Shown in pieces: positions 1-15,573 of a stretch of 58,751 bases of DNA. The notes beneath the pieces are model-generated. The model saw nothing but the letters and a program-made list of their open reading frames with translations, was not told the DNA's origin and did not search any database. Numbering within the stretch: position 1 is the stretch's first letter; each line of letters starts with the position of its first letter. The position numbers and the translations under genes are program-made. Origin of the DNA: Eledone cirrhosa (Eukaryota); NCBI GenBank assembly GCA_964016885.1, contig CAXHJY010001075.1, forward strand, positions 1 through 58,751, in the 5' to 3' direction.

Positions 1-45
1 TATATGTACATATATTTGTACATATATATATATATATATATGTAC

Positions 46-91
<46 letters not shown>

Positions 92-218
92 TAAATATGT
101 ACATATATATATATATTATATATATATATATATGTATATTATATATGTATATATATATATGTACATATATGTATATATATATATGTGTATATATATATAT
201 ATTTTATATATATATGTA

Positions 219-256
<38 letters not shown>

Positions 257-375
257 CATATATATATACATATATATATATACATATATCTATATATACA
301 TATATACATATATCTATATATACATATATACATATATCTATATATACATATATCTATATATACATATATATATAC

Positions 376-422
<47 letters not shown>

Positions 423-499
423 CATATATATACATACATATATACATATATATATATATACATATATATACATACATAATATACATATATATACATATA
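1..499. repeat. Interrupted (TA)n microsatellite
   Basis: TA dinucleotide run with C/G interruptions. Confidence 0.97.
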
Positions 500-1627
500 A
501 ACTTTGAAACTTTGAAATGTTTTGGCCAGTATTGGCCCAGGCCATGTCTAACTTAATAGCACCACCTGGCGAAGTCTTTCAATTCAGGATTTGGGCACCA
601 TGGCCCATTCGAGAAGAGAATTACTGTTTGCGGAGACATATCCGGGTGTGGGTGGTTTGTCCGGGATTACTTGGAGGAATTTGTCCAAAGACTTCTTGAA
701 TCTTGTGTGGTCAGTTTCTGTTTTGACGTGTCCTGGTGTGATGTTGAAGAGAGCAGGGCCGATTGAGGTGAAATAATTGTGCCGTATTGTTGTTATGAGT
801 TGCGATTTAGATTTTTGAATGGGACGGATAGCACGGGGCCCAAGCCTTGGGTGTATCTTGAAGGCGATGCCAACATCATTTGGGCAGTGATGATGGAACA
901 TTTTCCACATCATGCAGATAATATAACGCTCACGGCGACGTTGGAGTGAGTAAAGTTTCAGGTTTTCCAATCGACCCCAGTAGTCAAGGTCTGACATGCC
1001 ATCTATCTTTTTCGTGATTGCCCTTTGAGGAGCTTCAAGTTTCATGATACTTTGTTTCGTGTGGGGAGACCACAGTGGACAACAGTATTCAAGGTGTGGT
1101 CGGGCGAAAGTAGAGAAGAGAAGGATAATGGTGCGGGAATCTCTCGACTGGAAGGTTCTGAGGATCCAGGAACACATTCTGCGGGCCATGTCAACTTTGC
1201 TGCTTATATGCGTGGTCCAGCTTATGTTGCTGTCCACGGTTACTCCCAAGTCTCTGATGTTGTTAGATGCCACGAGAGTTTCCCCGGAGGGAAGGGAGTA
1301 CGGGAGTTTCAGAGCATCCTCTTTTCCAAAGTGGATCAGTTCGAATTTGTCTTCGTTCAGTAACATGTTGTTCTTTTCTGCCCATTGGGTAACAGCCAGT
1401 AGGTCTGACTGAAGGCTTATCCGGTCATCCACGCCATTGATGACCTTTTGGAGCTTGGAATCATCAGCGAAAATTTTAATGTTGCTGTGTTTGATGATGT
1501 CAGTGATGTCATTAATATAGATGATGAAGAGAAGTGGGCCCAACACAGTGCCTTGTGGGACTCCACTACTGACTTTGGCTGGGCTTGATTTGACTCCCTC
1601 AACTACAACATGTTGGGTTCTGTTTGA
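500..1627 (-). mobile_element. 5'-truncated CR1/L2-group LINE: C-terminal RT domain, short 3'UTR and (TTTCAAAG) tail, inserted in (TA)n
   Basis: Open frame 584-1627 with [41 protein letters not shown] and LYSLQRRRER; minus-strand 3' end reads tttcaaagtttcaaagtt. Confidence 0.92.
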
Positions 1628-2965
<1,338 letters not shown>

Positions 2966-2967
2966 TT

Positions 2968-3480
2968 AGTTAGAAGCGAAACGAAATTTAATTTCGTTTC
3001 GTTATTTGTTTTTATCGTTTCCGCTGAACCGGTGCATACAATGACTCACGTTCTATGCAAATTAGTCTACCCACTACTAATTTTCATAGAAAAAGCATAT
3101 AACGATATGTGCTTTTACAATTCTCCAGAGAAGCCGGAAGATGGGTAAATATTGCTGATGAGATGTAATAACATCGAAACTAGTCCAATATTCCTGTCTG
3201 GCCCTTGGAGAATAGAGGAAATGTGTTTCCTTGAAAACTTGTATGACTCTAAAACCCGATCCGCCTGTGTGGTTACATACAGACTAGCTGACACTCACTG
3301 TAAAGTGTCTAGTGAAAAACTGAGTACATGTACATATGTATACATGTGTGTATTTATATGCACACAAATACTTCCGTATACATATGTAGATGTACACTTT
3401 AACTTAATTGTTTAAGCGTCAGTCATACAAAAGTGAGTTAGAAGCGAAACGAAATTTAATTTCGTTTCGTTATTTGTTTT
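2968..3480 (+). mobile_element. Non-coding PLE-derived/retrozyme-like element (~468-bp unit plus ~45-bp terminal direct repeat) with an HHR
   Basis: agttagaagcgaaacgaaatttaatttcgtttcgttatttgtttt at 2968 and 3436; internal HHR; visible similarity to 20700-20910 and 52400-52990. Confidence 0.75.
3148..3192 (+). ncRNA. Minimal type I hammerhead ribozyme
   Basis: aatattg-CTGATGA-gatgt(aata)acatc-GAAAC-tagTC-caatatt; stem I 7 bp, stem II 5 bp, palindromic stem III ACTAGT; predicted cleavage after 3185. Confidence 0.9.
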
Positions 3481-5007
<1,527 letters not shown>

Positions 5008-5008
<1 letters not shown>

Positions 5009-5209
5009 CAACGAGTAGGACCCCGACGGCTGAGCTCAAGCCGTTTCGACGGCTAATTCTGGACTATTTTTAGTCCAGAATTACCCGTCGAAATGGCTTG
5101 AGCTCAGCCGTCTGGGCCCTACTCGTTCCTATTACCCACTCTACTACCCTAAGTATTGAGTACTTTGGTGCGTTATGGTCTACCTGGTTTCTTACCACAT
5201 TTCCTTCGT

Positions 5210-5210
<1 letters not shown>
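5008..5210. repeat. Dispersed repeat beginning with a ~120-bp palindrome (second copy 39328-39530; 3' part also at ~31890-31970)
   Basis: 5008-5128 folds back around ggacta-tttt-tagtcc; near-identical copy at 39328. Confidence 0.85.
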
Positions 5211-5242
<32 letters not shown>

Positions 5243-5293
5243 AACTAAAATAAAATAAATATGTCAAATATTTAACATCTGGCTTCATTTATT

Positions 5294-5348
5294 ACTGCTA
5301 TATATATTTCGGTGACAGCCATCCATGGCTGTGACCTCTTCAGGCAGT
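5294..5348 (-). ncRNA. Type I hammerhead ribozyme
   Basis: Reverse complement: actgc-CTGAAGA-ggtcacagcc(atggat)ggctgtcacc-GAAA-tatataTA-gcagt. Confidence 0.82.
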
Positions 5349-5527
5349 CCGAATTAGTGTGGTAGAGACGAGTTCACATGTTGTTGACGTGTTTAACTTT
5401 GTCAATACTCTGATATGCCCAGTTCCTCAGAGAAATAACAACCCAACCAGGAACTGGGTATATCAGAGTATTGACAAAGTTAAACACCTCAACAACATGT
5501 GTACCCGTCTCTACCACACCAATTCGG

Positions 5528-5582
5528 ACTGCCTGAAGACGTCACAGCCAAAGATAGCTGTCACCGAAATATATATAGCAGT
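5528..5582 (+). ncRNA. Type I hammerhead ribozyme
   Basis: actgc-CTGAAGA-cgtcacagcc..agctgtcacc-GAAA-tatataTA-gcagt; first stem II pair mismatched. Confidence 0.72.
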
Positions 5583-6022
5583 AATAAACGAAGCCACATT
5601 TTAAATATTTGAATTATTTATTTTTATTTATTTTGCATTACTCCGGATTAACCAAACAAGCCTGCGCACTTCGTCGAGTGTTCCAATCTGTATACTGAGG
5701 TGTGGTATACAACCAACATATACTCAAAACGTATATATATATACAGAATTGCTTATTCATCATACACTCTCATCTCGGGAACAATTATGAATGTCGCCAG
5801 TTCGTGATTTGAACTCGGGAATTTTATATTCTCCGAGCGAAAAGAACCCTCTGACGAAAGTCTTCCTTTTCAATCTATTTCCGTATGGATTTATTTTAAA
5901 ACTTTTTCTTATTTGCTAAACCTTGATTATGTATGTATAAATAAGTATATGTATATATATATATATAACTATACATACATACGCAAACACATACACATTC
6001 ACACACAAACTTATCACATATG

Positions 6023-6025
<3 letters not shown>

Positions 6026-6082
<57 letters not shown>

Positions 6083-6100
6083 CGTGTGGGGGGGGGGGGC

Positions 6101-6181
<81 letters not shown>

Positions 6182-6191
6182 CGTGTGTGTG
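6026..6191. repeat. (GT)n microsatellite with a poly-G insert
   Basis: Direct reading. Confidence 0.95.
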
Positions 6192-6493
6192 ACTCTGATA
6201 TCACCAATGCTACCAAGTGTAAAAATCTGTATTGCATATGGAATGGTACCTGTTTTCAAAACAACTGGTTAAATCTGTGAATGTCATGGTTTCAGAGATT
6301 TCGAAAACTGCTTAAGTGGAATATTGAGCTAATCTGCTTTTTTAAATATTCGATGTTGTGCTTATTATTTAGCAAAGGGTCAGCTCTTAATGATGTCAGA
6401 GATTTAGTTATTTGGGAAATGTCGCCTGTTGAAACTACAACAATTATGTCTTATAAGAATCATTTTAACACTTAAACACACGCGCGAACTGAC

Positions 6494-6526
<33 letters not shown>

Positions 6527-6883
6527 ATGCAAATATATTAGCATTATAGAAAACATTTCCAGATATACGTCAGACATGCTTTTAGAACCTGTGATACTAT
6601 CAAATCCATTTCTCTTCCAGAATTCCTCATGAATTTGCCTGATAACAGAATTATCAAGACTTCAGTGATCTGGAGAATATTCGAAAATCTAACCTTTTAA
6701 TCAAATGGATCAAATTGATTACACATTGAATAAAACACTTTTAAATTTGAAACGTTGAATATTAGTACAACTAATGTCTGAATGAAGATATATTAATATA
6801 TATATAGAACTGAGGAATGACAAGGCTAAAAAAGTACTAATTATGTGCAATGGGGAATAATATTGACATCAGTATTTTCTCAC

Positions 6884-7075
6884 AATAATTGTTTCTACTT
6901 TTGGCACAAGGCCAGCAATTACCCTATTACATTACTGGTGCTTTAGTTTATCGACCCTGTAAGGAAGAATGTCAAAGATAATCGCGGCAAGCGATGAACT
7001 CAGAACGTAAAAGGTGATAACTCTATGCTGAAAATCATGGTGTCTCACGCTCAATAATGCTGGGCCTTCTACTAA
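6884..7075 (-). mobile_element. Degenerate tRNA-derived SINE
   Basis: Shares ggcacaaggccagcaatt...ttatcgaccc..taagga...gaactcagaacg with copies at 32560-33203 and 40280-40780. Confidence 0.75.
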
Positions 7076-7214
7076 CGCGGGAAAAATCATCCACATCATA
7101 TTTATATTGTCAAAAAAATGATGAGTAATGTGATAGAAATGTAGAAAATTTCGGTTAGCGGATGAGACAGATGAGATGACTAGGGAACGATATCCTATAT
7201 AAATATATATGTAC

Positions 7215-7253
<39 letters not shown>

Positions 7254-7501
7254 CACATACATAGAAACATACATACATATATATATATGATATATGTAAA
7301 AGGATATTTACCTCAGATATTTAACTCCAATAATTATTTATAATCATCTTGGGTGGGAAATCATTTCGAAATTATAGGAATTCCGTTTGGAAACGAATGA
7401 GTGGAATTATAGGATGGAGGAAAAAAAGAAAAATGATGAATAAATATGAAGTTTATATATATATATATACACTCATATCCATATATACATATATATATAC
7501 T

Positions 7502-7588
<87 letters not shown>

Positions 7589-8151
7589 TTGTGAGTACAT
7601 GTGCATGAGAAGTGAGTGAAGAAAGATGAAAAAAACAAGACAGAAAAATCTATTAGATTTCTATATATATATATATGTAAGCGCGATCGATTTGACGAAG
7701 TGTAATTTAATGAAGCATCGAACATAAATATTCTACAATATTCTTTCTGATAGGGAAATATTCGAGAAAAAAGGGGGAATTAAATAAACGAGGTATTTTG
7801 TCATGGCAAAGTACAACTTAATCACATACAGTTATACACACTATCTACTATGCACGCTTACACACATTGACATAACTAGACACATACATGCAGAGGTACA
7901 TATGCATACTTTCACCTTAATCCTGAAATTTATTTATCTCCATATATATGATTGTGTGTGTCTGTGTATGTGTGAGAGAGACACATAGTGTATGTGTCTG
8001 TATGGGTGTGTATGTGTGTATATATTTGTGCGCACGCGCGTGTGTGTGTGTTTTGAGAGAAAAAAATTAGTAAATGAATATCAGAAAGAGAACAATAATT
8101 TTCCCAGCTTTATTGCGTACTAGTAAGTGAGCGGACATTTGGACATACACA

Positions 8152-8217
<66 letters not shown>

Positions 8218-8572
8218 TATATGTATGTGTGTATGTGTGTGGGGGGGGGGGGGGCGTGTGTGTGTGTGTGTGTGTTCGTGCGTGCGTGTGTGTGATTAGA
8301 AAGGAACTTATATAAGAAGGATGGAAAGGAAAGAGGGAGAAATAGAATAGCTGCGCAATAGACAAGTGGATAGATATTCTAAGAGAAATTTATACTTATT
8401 AATCATATAATAATTTTAAAGTTCACCTACGGTCATCTCGCAGAATGTGTAATGTAGCATTATATATTTCCATTTCGATGAAAAAAAACACATGCAGAAA
8501 CGTCATCTCTATACATCTGTCTATATATGTGTGTGTGCGTCTGTTAATACATTTGAACGTAGAAGAACACAT

Positions 8573-8708
<136 letters not shown>

Positions 8709-9630
8709 GTGTGTGTGTGTGTGCGTGCGTGCGTGCGTGTGTGTGTCTGTGTAAGCGTGTGCGTGTGTGTGCGTGTGTGTGAATGTGTGTTTCTCTGTGT
8801 GAGAAAGTGAGGGATTTTTGGGTCTTGTTAGTAAACTGTTAGTTAATCAAAGTATGAGCGCGTTAGGCTATGGTAGAAATTTATAGAAAATCTGCACACG
8901 GAAGAAATAAATCGTTGGACGAATGAAAAGCATCCAAATTTCTATTCAACCACTCTGGGAGTAATGCAATTTTGTGCATAAGAATAGCATTGCATAACAC
9001 TGAGTTTATGTGACATGGAAAAATAAATGAAAAACAGAGATTGATCGTTTTCTAGTCAGCTGAGTGTAGGAGGTCATTAAGCTTTTCGGACAATAAAGAG
9101 AGTGGCGCTCTCACCAATGCTTAAGAGATTGCCTCTGAATTGGCAAAAATATGGTACAATAATTTAGAGCAAAGGTTCCCAACAGCTTCGGAGCTTCATG
9201 GGAGGGGGGGGGGGCGTTTTGGAGCAAGGTGTCGTTTGGGGGGTGGGGGCGTTTGAAGATTTGGGGGTGCTGGAAGGCTCTTTACTTGGTAAATTTTATA
9301 AGCCGTATTTCTACGTCTCTGAGACAGCCAGTATGAATGCATTTGAATGAAGAAAATGAAGAAAATAAATAAAAGAAGCTTGTCAACGAATTCCCTAAGG
9401 AGATAAAAGAAAAACGAAAGAAATCAAAGAAAATGAAAATAAGGGTAACATCAACTATGACAACAGTTACAAGAACATCTTCAACAGAAATGACAAGAAA
9501 AAGAAGCAATGGTGATGAAAGGTGTTGGTGTATACTTATACATATGAACACACGTATGCATACGTACATACATACATACATACATACATACATACATACA
9601 TACATACATACATACATACATACATACATA

Positions 9631-9753
9631 CATGGTGGCTGCCAACAAGTTTTCGAGTACGGCCACTACTTTATATTCATGTAAGAGAACCCCTACCGAT
9701 GCGCTGAACAAGTGTGACTTACTAGTCCAGCCAGCGACTTGAAAACTCTGGTA
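9631..9753. repeat. Dispersed ~120-bp repeat next to (CATA)n (second copy 35031-35153)
   Basis: atggtggctgccaac...gcgacttgaaaactctggta near-identical at both loci. Confidence 0.85.
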
Positions 9754-10386
9754 CAAACATACACATAAATACACACACAGGCCGGCTTTGGTGTTTGATA
9801 GGATTGAAAAGCTGTGTTAGTTAATCTCCCTAGGTAATCCAATCTGGAGACGAAATTCTCTCCTTACCAAAACAATGTAAATCATGTCAACATCCTTATA
9901 TATAAATGCATGCATATATACAAATATATAAATGTATAGCTATATACATACGTAAACGTATGTATGTATATATGTATGTATTTATGTAGATTTATATATG
10001 TATATATACATATGTGTGTGTGTGTGTGTATGTATAAGTGGTAACACAACAGTTAGATCACCATACCGAGAACAATTGTTTCACCTTAGTGGATCCTCAG
10101 CTCGGACTGGTCATGGTTATACGGAACAGGAAGAATAACTGCATGAACGCGCATGAGCAGAAATGGTCACTTCACCCAAGCGATACAATGCGACGGGCGA
10201 AAGGTGTAAGGGAGTTAACTGCGAAAGTCCGAAAAGTAATTCGAGTTCATAAGAAAATTAGAATGTTCTTGTTATTCAATCCGGAGCTTTGTAGTTACCA
10301 CTCCTACCTAACTCGTCCCATAGATTATGTGCTCTGCCACTACGGATATTACCTTCCAGTGTTCTACCTCTATCTCTCTCTCTCTC

Positions 10387-10478
<92 letters not shown>

Positions 10479-10823
10479 AATAAAAATTACACACAAACAC
10501 ACCCACATATTTGTTATTTTCTTTTATCAGTGTGGTCTACCTCTAGTGTGTAGGGTCCGAACCGTAGATATAACTCAATGTAATGCCGTAAAATCCATAT
10601 AGAAGTTCTGTGTTTCGCAGAGTTAATTCTGTAGACACAGAGTCAGATATTAAGTATTAAATTAACAATGAAAATAAAAACAACAAAGTTATAAGCTAAT
10701 TTATTTTGTTCTTCTAATTTTCATTGTTAATTAAATACTATATATATGGCTAGTAGACGACTGATGATGGGTAGCCCTGGTTTCTATTTCTAATTCATTA
10801 TTATCTCTCCCCTCCCCTCTCTT

Positions 10824-10867
<44 letters not shown>

Positions 10868-10889
10868 ATATGATTCCGGTTTCTAAGAG

Positions 10890-11190
10890 AAATAACAACA
10901 CTACCAAGAGCTGGACATATCAATGGATTGAGGGAGTAAAACACACTTCAACAACATTTGTACCTGTCCTTTCCACACCAATTCGGACTGCCTGAAAGGT
11001 GATAGCCAATGATGCTGTCACCGAAATATATATAGCAGTATATCTATAATTTATAATAAACGAAGCCAAATTTTGCATATTTGACTTAATGATTTTACAT
11101 TACTCCGGAGAAAACAAACCAACTTGCGTACTTCGTCGAGTGCTCCAATCTGCATACTGAGGTGTCGGTAAACAACCAACATATATTCAA
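10890..11190 (+). mobile_element. Copy of the 5261 family with a degenerate HHR (~10987-11039)
   Basis: actgc-ctgaaag-gtgatagc..gctgtcacc-GAAA-tatatata-gcagt; core damaged. Confidence 0.7.
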
Positions 11191-11204
11191 TATATATATA
11201 TACG

Positions 11205-11450
11205 CAGGGTGACAAGAAGCTTGCTTCCTAACCACATGTTTCTGGGTTCAGTCCCAATGCCCGGGCTGACCAAAGCCTTGCGTGTGGGTTTGATAGACCG
11301 AAACTAAAAGAAGCCCGTCGTATATATGTATATATGTCTGTGTGTGTCTTTCAGTTTGTGTTTGCCCTCCCGCCAATGCTTATTGATTTGTTTACGTCCA
11401 ATAACTTACCAAGGTGATGCTCCAGCATGGGCGTAGTCCAGATACAGACA
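11205..11450 (+). mobile_element. SINE-like fragment
   Basis: B-box-like ctgggttcagtccc after a tRNA-like head. Confidence 0.5.
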
Positions 11451-11529
11451 AAAAGTAAAGTGTATATATAAATGTGATTGTGTGTGTGGCACAAGGCATT
11501 ACATTTGGGGTTTAGGGTCTCGTTGATTA

Positions 11530-11685
11530 CATCGATCAAAGTATACAAATGGTACTTAATTTCTCGACCCCAAAAGGATGGAAGCAAAGGTAAGATCAAC
11601 GGAATTTGAACTCAGAACGTAATAATGGAAGAAGTACCGCTAAGCACTTCGCCAAATGTGCTAAGATTCCACAAGCTCCCGCCAT
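11530..11685 (-). mobile_element. tRNA-derived SINE fragment
   Basis: tcgaccccaaaaggatggaagcaaagg...ggaatttgaactcagaacg, same family as 32560-33203. Confidence 0.7.
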
Positions 11686-11874
11686 ATTTTCACTATAATG
11701 CAATCTGAAATATTTGTTCTACCACGGAAAAGTAGTTCGCGGGCCGCATGTTTGAGCCCCCTGTTGGAAAGATAGATAGATAGGTAGATAGACGTGTACC
11801 AAACACACACACACATTACTTACTCTCTCTGTTATTCCCTCTTTCTCTCTTCATGTATATATATATATATATAT

Positions 11875-13290
11875 TTTTGTTTGTTTACCCTCGCGTCCCC
11901 TTTATTTACGTGTCCCAGCGACTTTTTTTAGCCGTTGCTCGCACCAACCGGAGGTATATGGTCTTTAAAGCGATGAAATGCCTATGATGGTTGGAAGACC
12001 ACTGATGAAGGACAAACATGTTTCATATGTAACCCATTTGCAACTCCGCAGCGCCCTTATCATATTTACACATATTTTTTCCTCTGCTGCTACGCATCTT
12101 TTTCGTTCTATGTATCTTTACCCTTTCTAGCAGTCTCTCTCTCTGTTAGCCTCTTCTTAACCCTTCACTCACTCATTCTCTGTCACTACCTCTCCCCCTC
12201 CTCTTTCTTCCCGTTTGACCTGTGAGTAATTCTTTTCTCTCACATTCTCGGCCAAGCTGGTCGGAATTTTTTCTCTCTCTCGTCTACGATTTCACAGAAC
12301 TTATGTTCACCGAATTCGCAGACCAGACCCCTTCTTCCTCCCGTTAGACCTGTGTGAAATTCCTTCTATGCTCACATTTCAACCAGGTTTGATGGTCTTT
12401 ATTCTCTCGTTCACGATTTCACCGAACTTAAATTCATAGAAATCTGGGACTTGTCTCTTTCTTCCTCACTTTCTGTTGCTTCACCATTTTGTTTGTTTAC
12501 CCTCGCGTCCCCTTTATTTACGTGTCCCAACGACTTTTTTTAGCCGTTGCTCGCACCAACCGGAGGTATATGGTCTTTAAAGCGATGAAATGCCTATGAT
12601 GCTTGGAAGATCACTGATGAAGGACAAACTTTTTTCATATGTAACCCATTTGCCACTCTGCAGCGCCTTATTATCATATTTACACATATTTTTTCCTCTG
12701 CTGCTACGCGTCTTTTTCGTTCCATGTATCTTTACCCTTTCTAGCAGTCTCTCTCTCTGTTACCCTCTTCCTCACCCTTCACTAACTCATTCTCTGTCAC
12801 TACCTCTCCTCCTCCTCTTTCTTCCCGTTTGACCTGTGAGCAATTCTTTTCTCTCACATTCTCGGCCAAGCTGGTCGGAATTTTTTCTCTCTCTCGTCTA
12901 CAATTTCACAGAACTTATGTTCACCGAATTCGCAGACCAGACCCCTTCTTCCTCCCGTTAGACCTGTGCGAAATTCCTTCCTTGCTCACATTTCAACCAG
13001 GTTTGATGGTCTTTATTCTCTCGTTCACGATTTCACCGAACTTAAATTCATAGAAATCAGGGACTTGTCTCTTTCTTCCTCACCTTCTGTTGCTTCACCA
13101 TTTTGTTTGTGAACCCTCGCGTCCCCTTTATTTACGTGTCCCAACGACTTTTTTTAGCCGTTGCTCGCATCAACCGGAGGTATATGGTCTTGAAAGCGAT
13201 GAAATGCCTATGATGGTTGGAAGATCACTGATGAAGGACAAACTTTTTTCATATGTTACACATTTGCAACTCCGCAGCGCCCTTATTATC
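11875..13290 (+). repeat. Tandem repeat, ~613-bp unit, ~2.3 copies, each carrying the permuted hammerhead-like motif
   Basis: Motif recurs at 11949, 12561 and 13175 (periods 612 and 614); flanked by (TA)n. Confidence 0.92.
11949..12013 (+). ncRNA. Candidate non-circularly permuted hammerhead-like RNA (also 12561-12625 +, 13175-13239 +, 13385-13449 -, 31594-31658 -, 35817-35881 -)
   Basis: aggta-TA-tggtcttt..t-GAAA-tgcct..gaagacca-CTGATGA-a; both stems hold across three families and stem I covaries. Confidence 0.6.
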
Positions 13291-13321
13291 ATATATATAT
13301 ATATAAGTATATGTATATATA

Positions 13322-13722
13322 TAAAACATGAGAAGAAAGAAGAATACTGCGTGGTTTGCACATGGGTTACATATGATAAAAATAGTCCTTCGTCAGTGAT
13401 TTTCCAACCATCATTGGTATTTCATCGCATTAAAAATCAGATACCTCAGGTTGGTGCGAGCAATAACTAAAAAAAAGTTATTGGGACCAGAATTCGCGTA
13501 AGGCAAGGGGGACAAGTAAACAACATAGAAGGATAAAAGCAAACCGAAGATAGGAAAATAAACAAGCAACATGGTTGTCTGGTCAGCATACGCTGGGTGG
13601 ATTTCATGAGCGAGAGAGGTACAGACCGTGTTGATGTGTGTGAGATGTGAGCAAGAAGAGACCCACACAAGCCAAACGGGATGAAGTGAGAAGGGGAGAA
13701 ACAGAGAGTAAGTGAGTGGAAG
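13322..13722 (-). mobile_element. Non-coding repeat related to the 613-bp unit, in opposite orientation (fuller copy at 35755-36345)
   Basis: Near-identical to 35755-36155; reverse complement aligns to the 613-bp unit around the motif. Confidence 0.85.
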
Positions 13723-13870
13723 TATATATATATATATATATATGGGGTTGTTATTTGACGTTGTTGAAAAGAGGAGTGGCCTTTCCCCTGGCAATAGAAA
13801 CTGTAGACAAAATTCTTTCTGTACCCAAAACAGGGCACACGCACTCACACACACGCACACACACACAAAT

Positions 13871-13942
<72 letters not shown>

Positions 13943-14277
13943 ATAGCCTGCGATAGTGGGACAGGGATGACCGTAAATCAAAGAAGTACTCAATACATGG
14001 TAGGTCCAGAGTCGGTATAATTGAGTAAAGAGAAAGTAAAGTATCTGTCATGAGGTCGGCCGTTTCAGCTAGTTACATTTTCAGAGATGTAATTATCTAA
14101 TTAGCCGAAACCGCGGAGCTCACGGTAATTCCATTAATGTATATGTATATATATATATATATATATACATATTATAAATATATACATACATATATATAAA
14201 TATATGTATATACATATATATAAATATATATATATACATATATATATACATATATATATACATATATATATATGACT

Positions 14278-14481
14278 CCAGTTCCCCAGTGAATTAACAA
14301 CCCAACAAGGAACTGGGCGTATCAGAGTATTGACAATATCATACACCTAAACAACATATGTACTTGTCTATACCATACTAATTCAAACTGCCCGAAGAGG
14401 TCACAGCCAAAGATGGCTGTCACTGAAATATATATAGCAGTAATAAACGAAGGTAAATTTTAATCATTTGACTTTTATTTA

Positions 14482-14485
<4 letters not shown>
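14278..14485 (+). mobile_element. Copy of the 5261 family with a mutated HHR (~14387-14441)
   Basis: actgc-CCGAAGA-ggtcacagcc..ggctgtcact-GAAA-tatatata-gcagt. Confidence 0.7.
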
Positions 14486-14566
<81 letters not shown>

Positions 14567-14635
14567 GTATGTATATATTTATAATATATTATAATATATT
14601 ATAATATATTATAATATATTATAATATAATATTTA

Positions 14636-15055
14636 TAATTTTAGGCTACGACTTCTGCTATACCATTTACGTGGTTTTGTCTTTGCGTGCAATTGTTCTC
14701 CACGCTCCACATATGACGTATTATCTCCGTTTTTTTCGTTCATTGCCACAGAACGTCTCTATGAACCACATAATAAGAGAACATTAGTCTACGACTTCTT
14801 TTATACCATAAACGTGGTTCTCTCTTTGCGCGTAATTGTTTTTCACAGCTCCTATTAATGACGTATTATATTCGTTTTTTTCCCGTTCTTTGCCAGGGAA
14901 CGTTTCCACAAACCAATGTATCGTCTCCCTCTCTTCCTCCGGGTGCAACGTTCTTTGAAATATCCACTTCTGTGTTTACAGATTGAATTTGTTAGTTTCA
15001 GAAGATCCCGTTAAGGGTTAAAGCAGCGATTCTTTGCTTGAACTTTAATCTGTAT
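14636..15055 (+). mobile_element. Dispersed non-coding repeat with an internal ~140-bp duplication (inverted copy 36445-36860)
   Basis: ctacgacttct..ataccat..acgtggtt repeated at 14647 and 14789; reverse-complement match at 36445-36860. Confidence 0.8.
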
Positions 15056-15104
15056 AATGTGGAAAAACCAGTTGTATAATTTTATGAGATATAATTAAAG
15101 TTAA

Positions 15105-15123
15105 AGTATATATATATATATAT

Positions 15124-15159
<36 letters not shown>

Positions 15160-15164
15160 ATATA

Positions 15165-15198
<34 letters not shown>

Positions 15199-15274
15199 GA
15201 TAAATCTACCAATAGTTTACGGTAGTGTCCAATCCGTATGAAGAACTCAATGTAATCCGGATATCATATTTTAC

Positions 15275-15362
<88 letters not shown>

Positions 15363-15542
15363 ATAAATATATATATATATATAATAAATATATATATATA
15401 TATATAATAAATATATATATATATATATAATAAATATATATATATATATATAATAAATATATATATATATATATAATAAATATATATATATATATAATAA
15501 ATATATATATATATATAATAAATATATATATATATATATATA

Positions 15543-15573
<31 letters not shown>

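Larger units (their letters stand above)
5261..5730. mobile_element. Fold-back PLE pseudo-LTR-like element with an HHR on each arm
   Basis: Inverted arms ~5261-5427 and ~5448-5612; related single copies at ~10890-11190 and ~14280-14485. Confidence 0.8.

Noticed and set aside
11984-12008. C/D-box snoRNA or SECIS reading of ATGATGG...CTGA
   Set aside because: Only ~11 nt separate the boxes, too short for a guide or SECIS helix; covariation supports the alternative long-range stems. A kink-turn role is not formally excluded.
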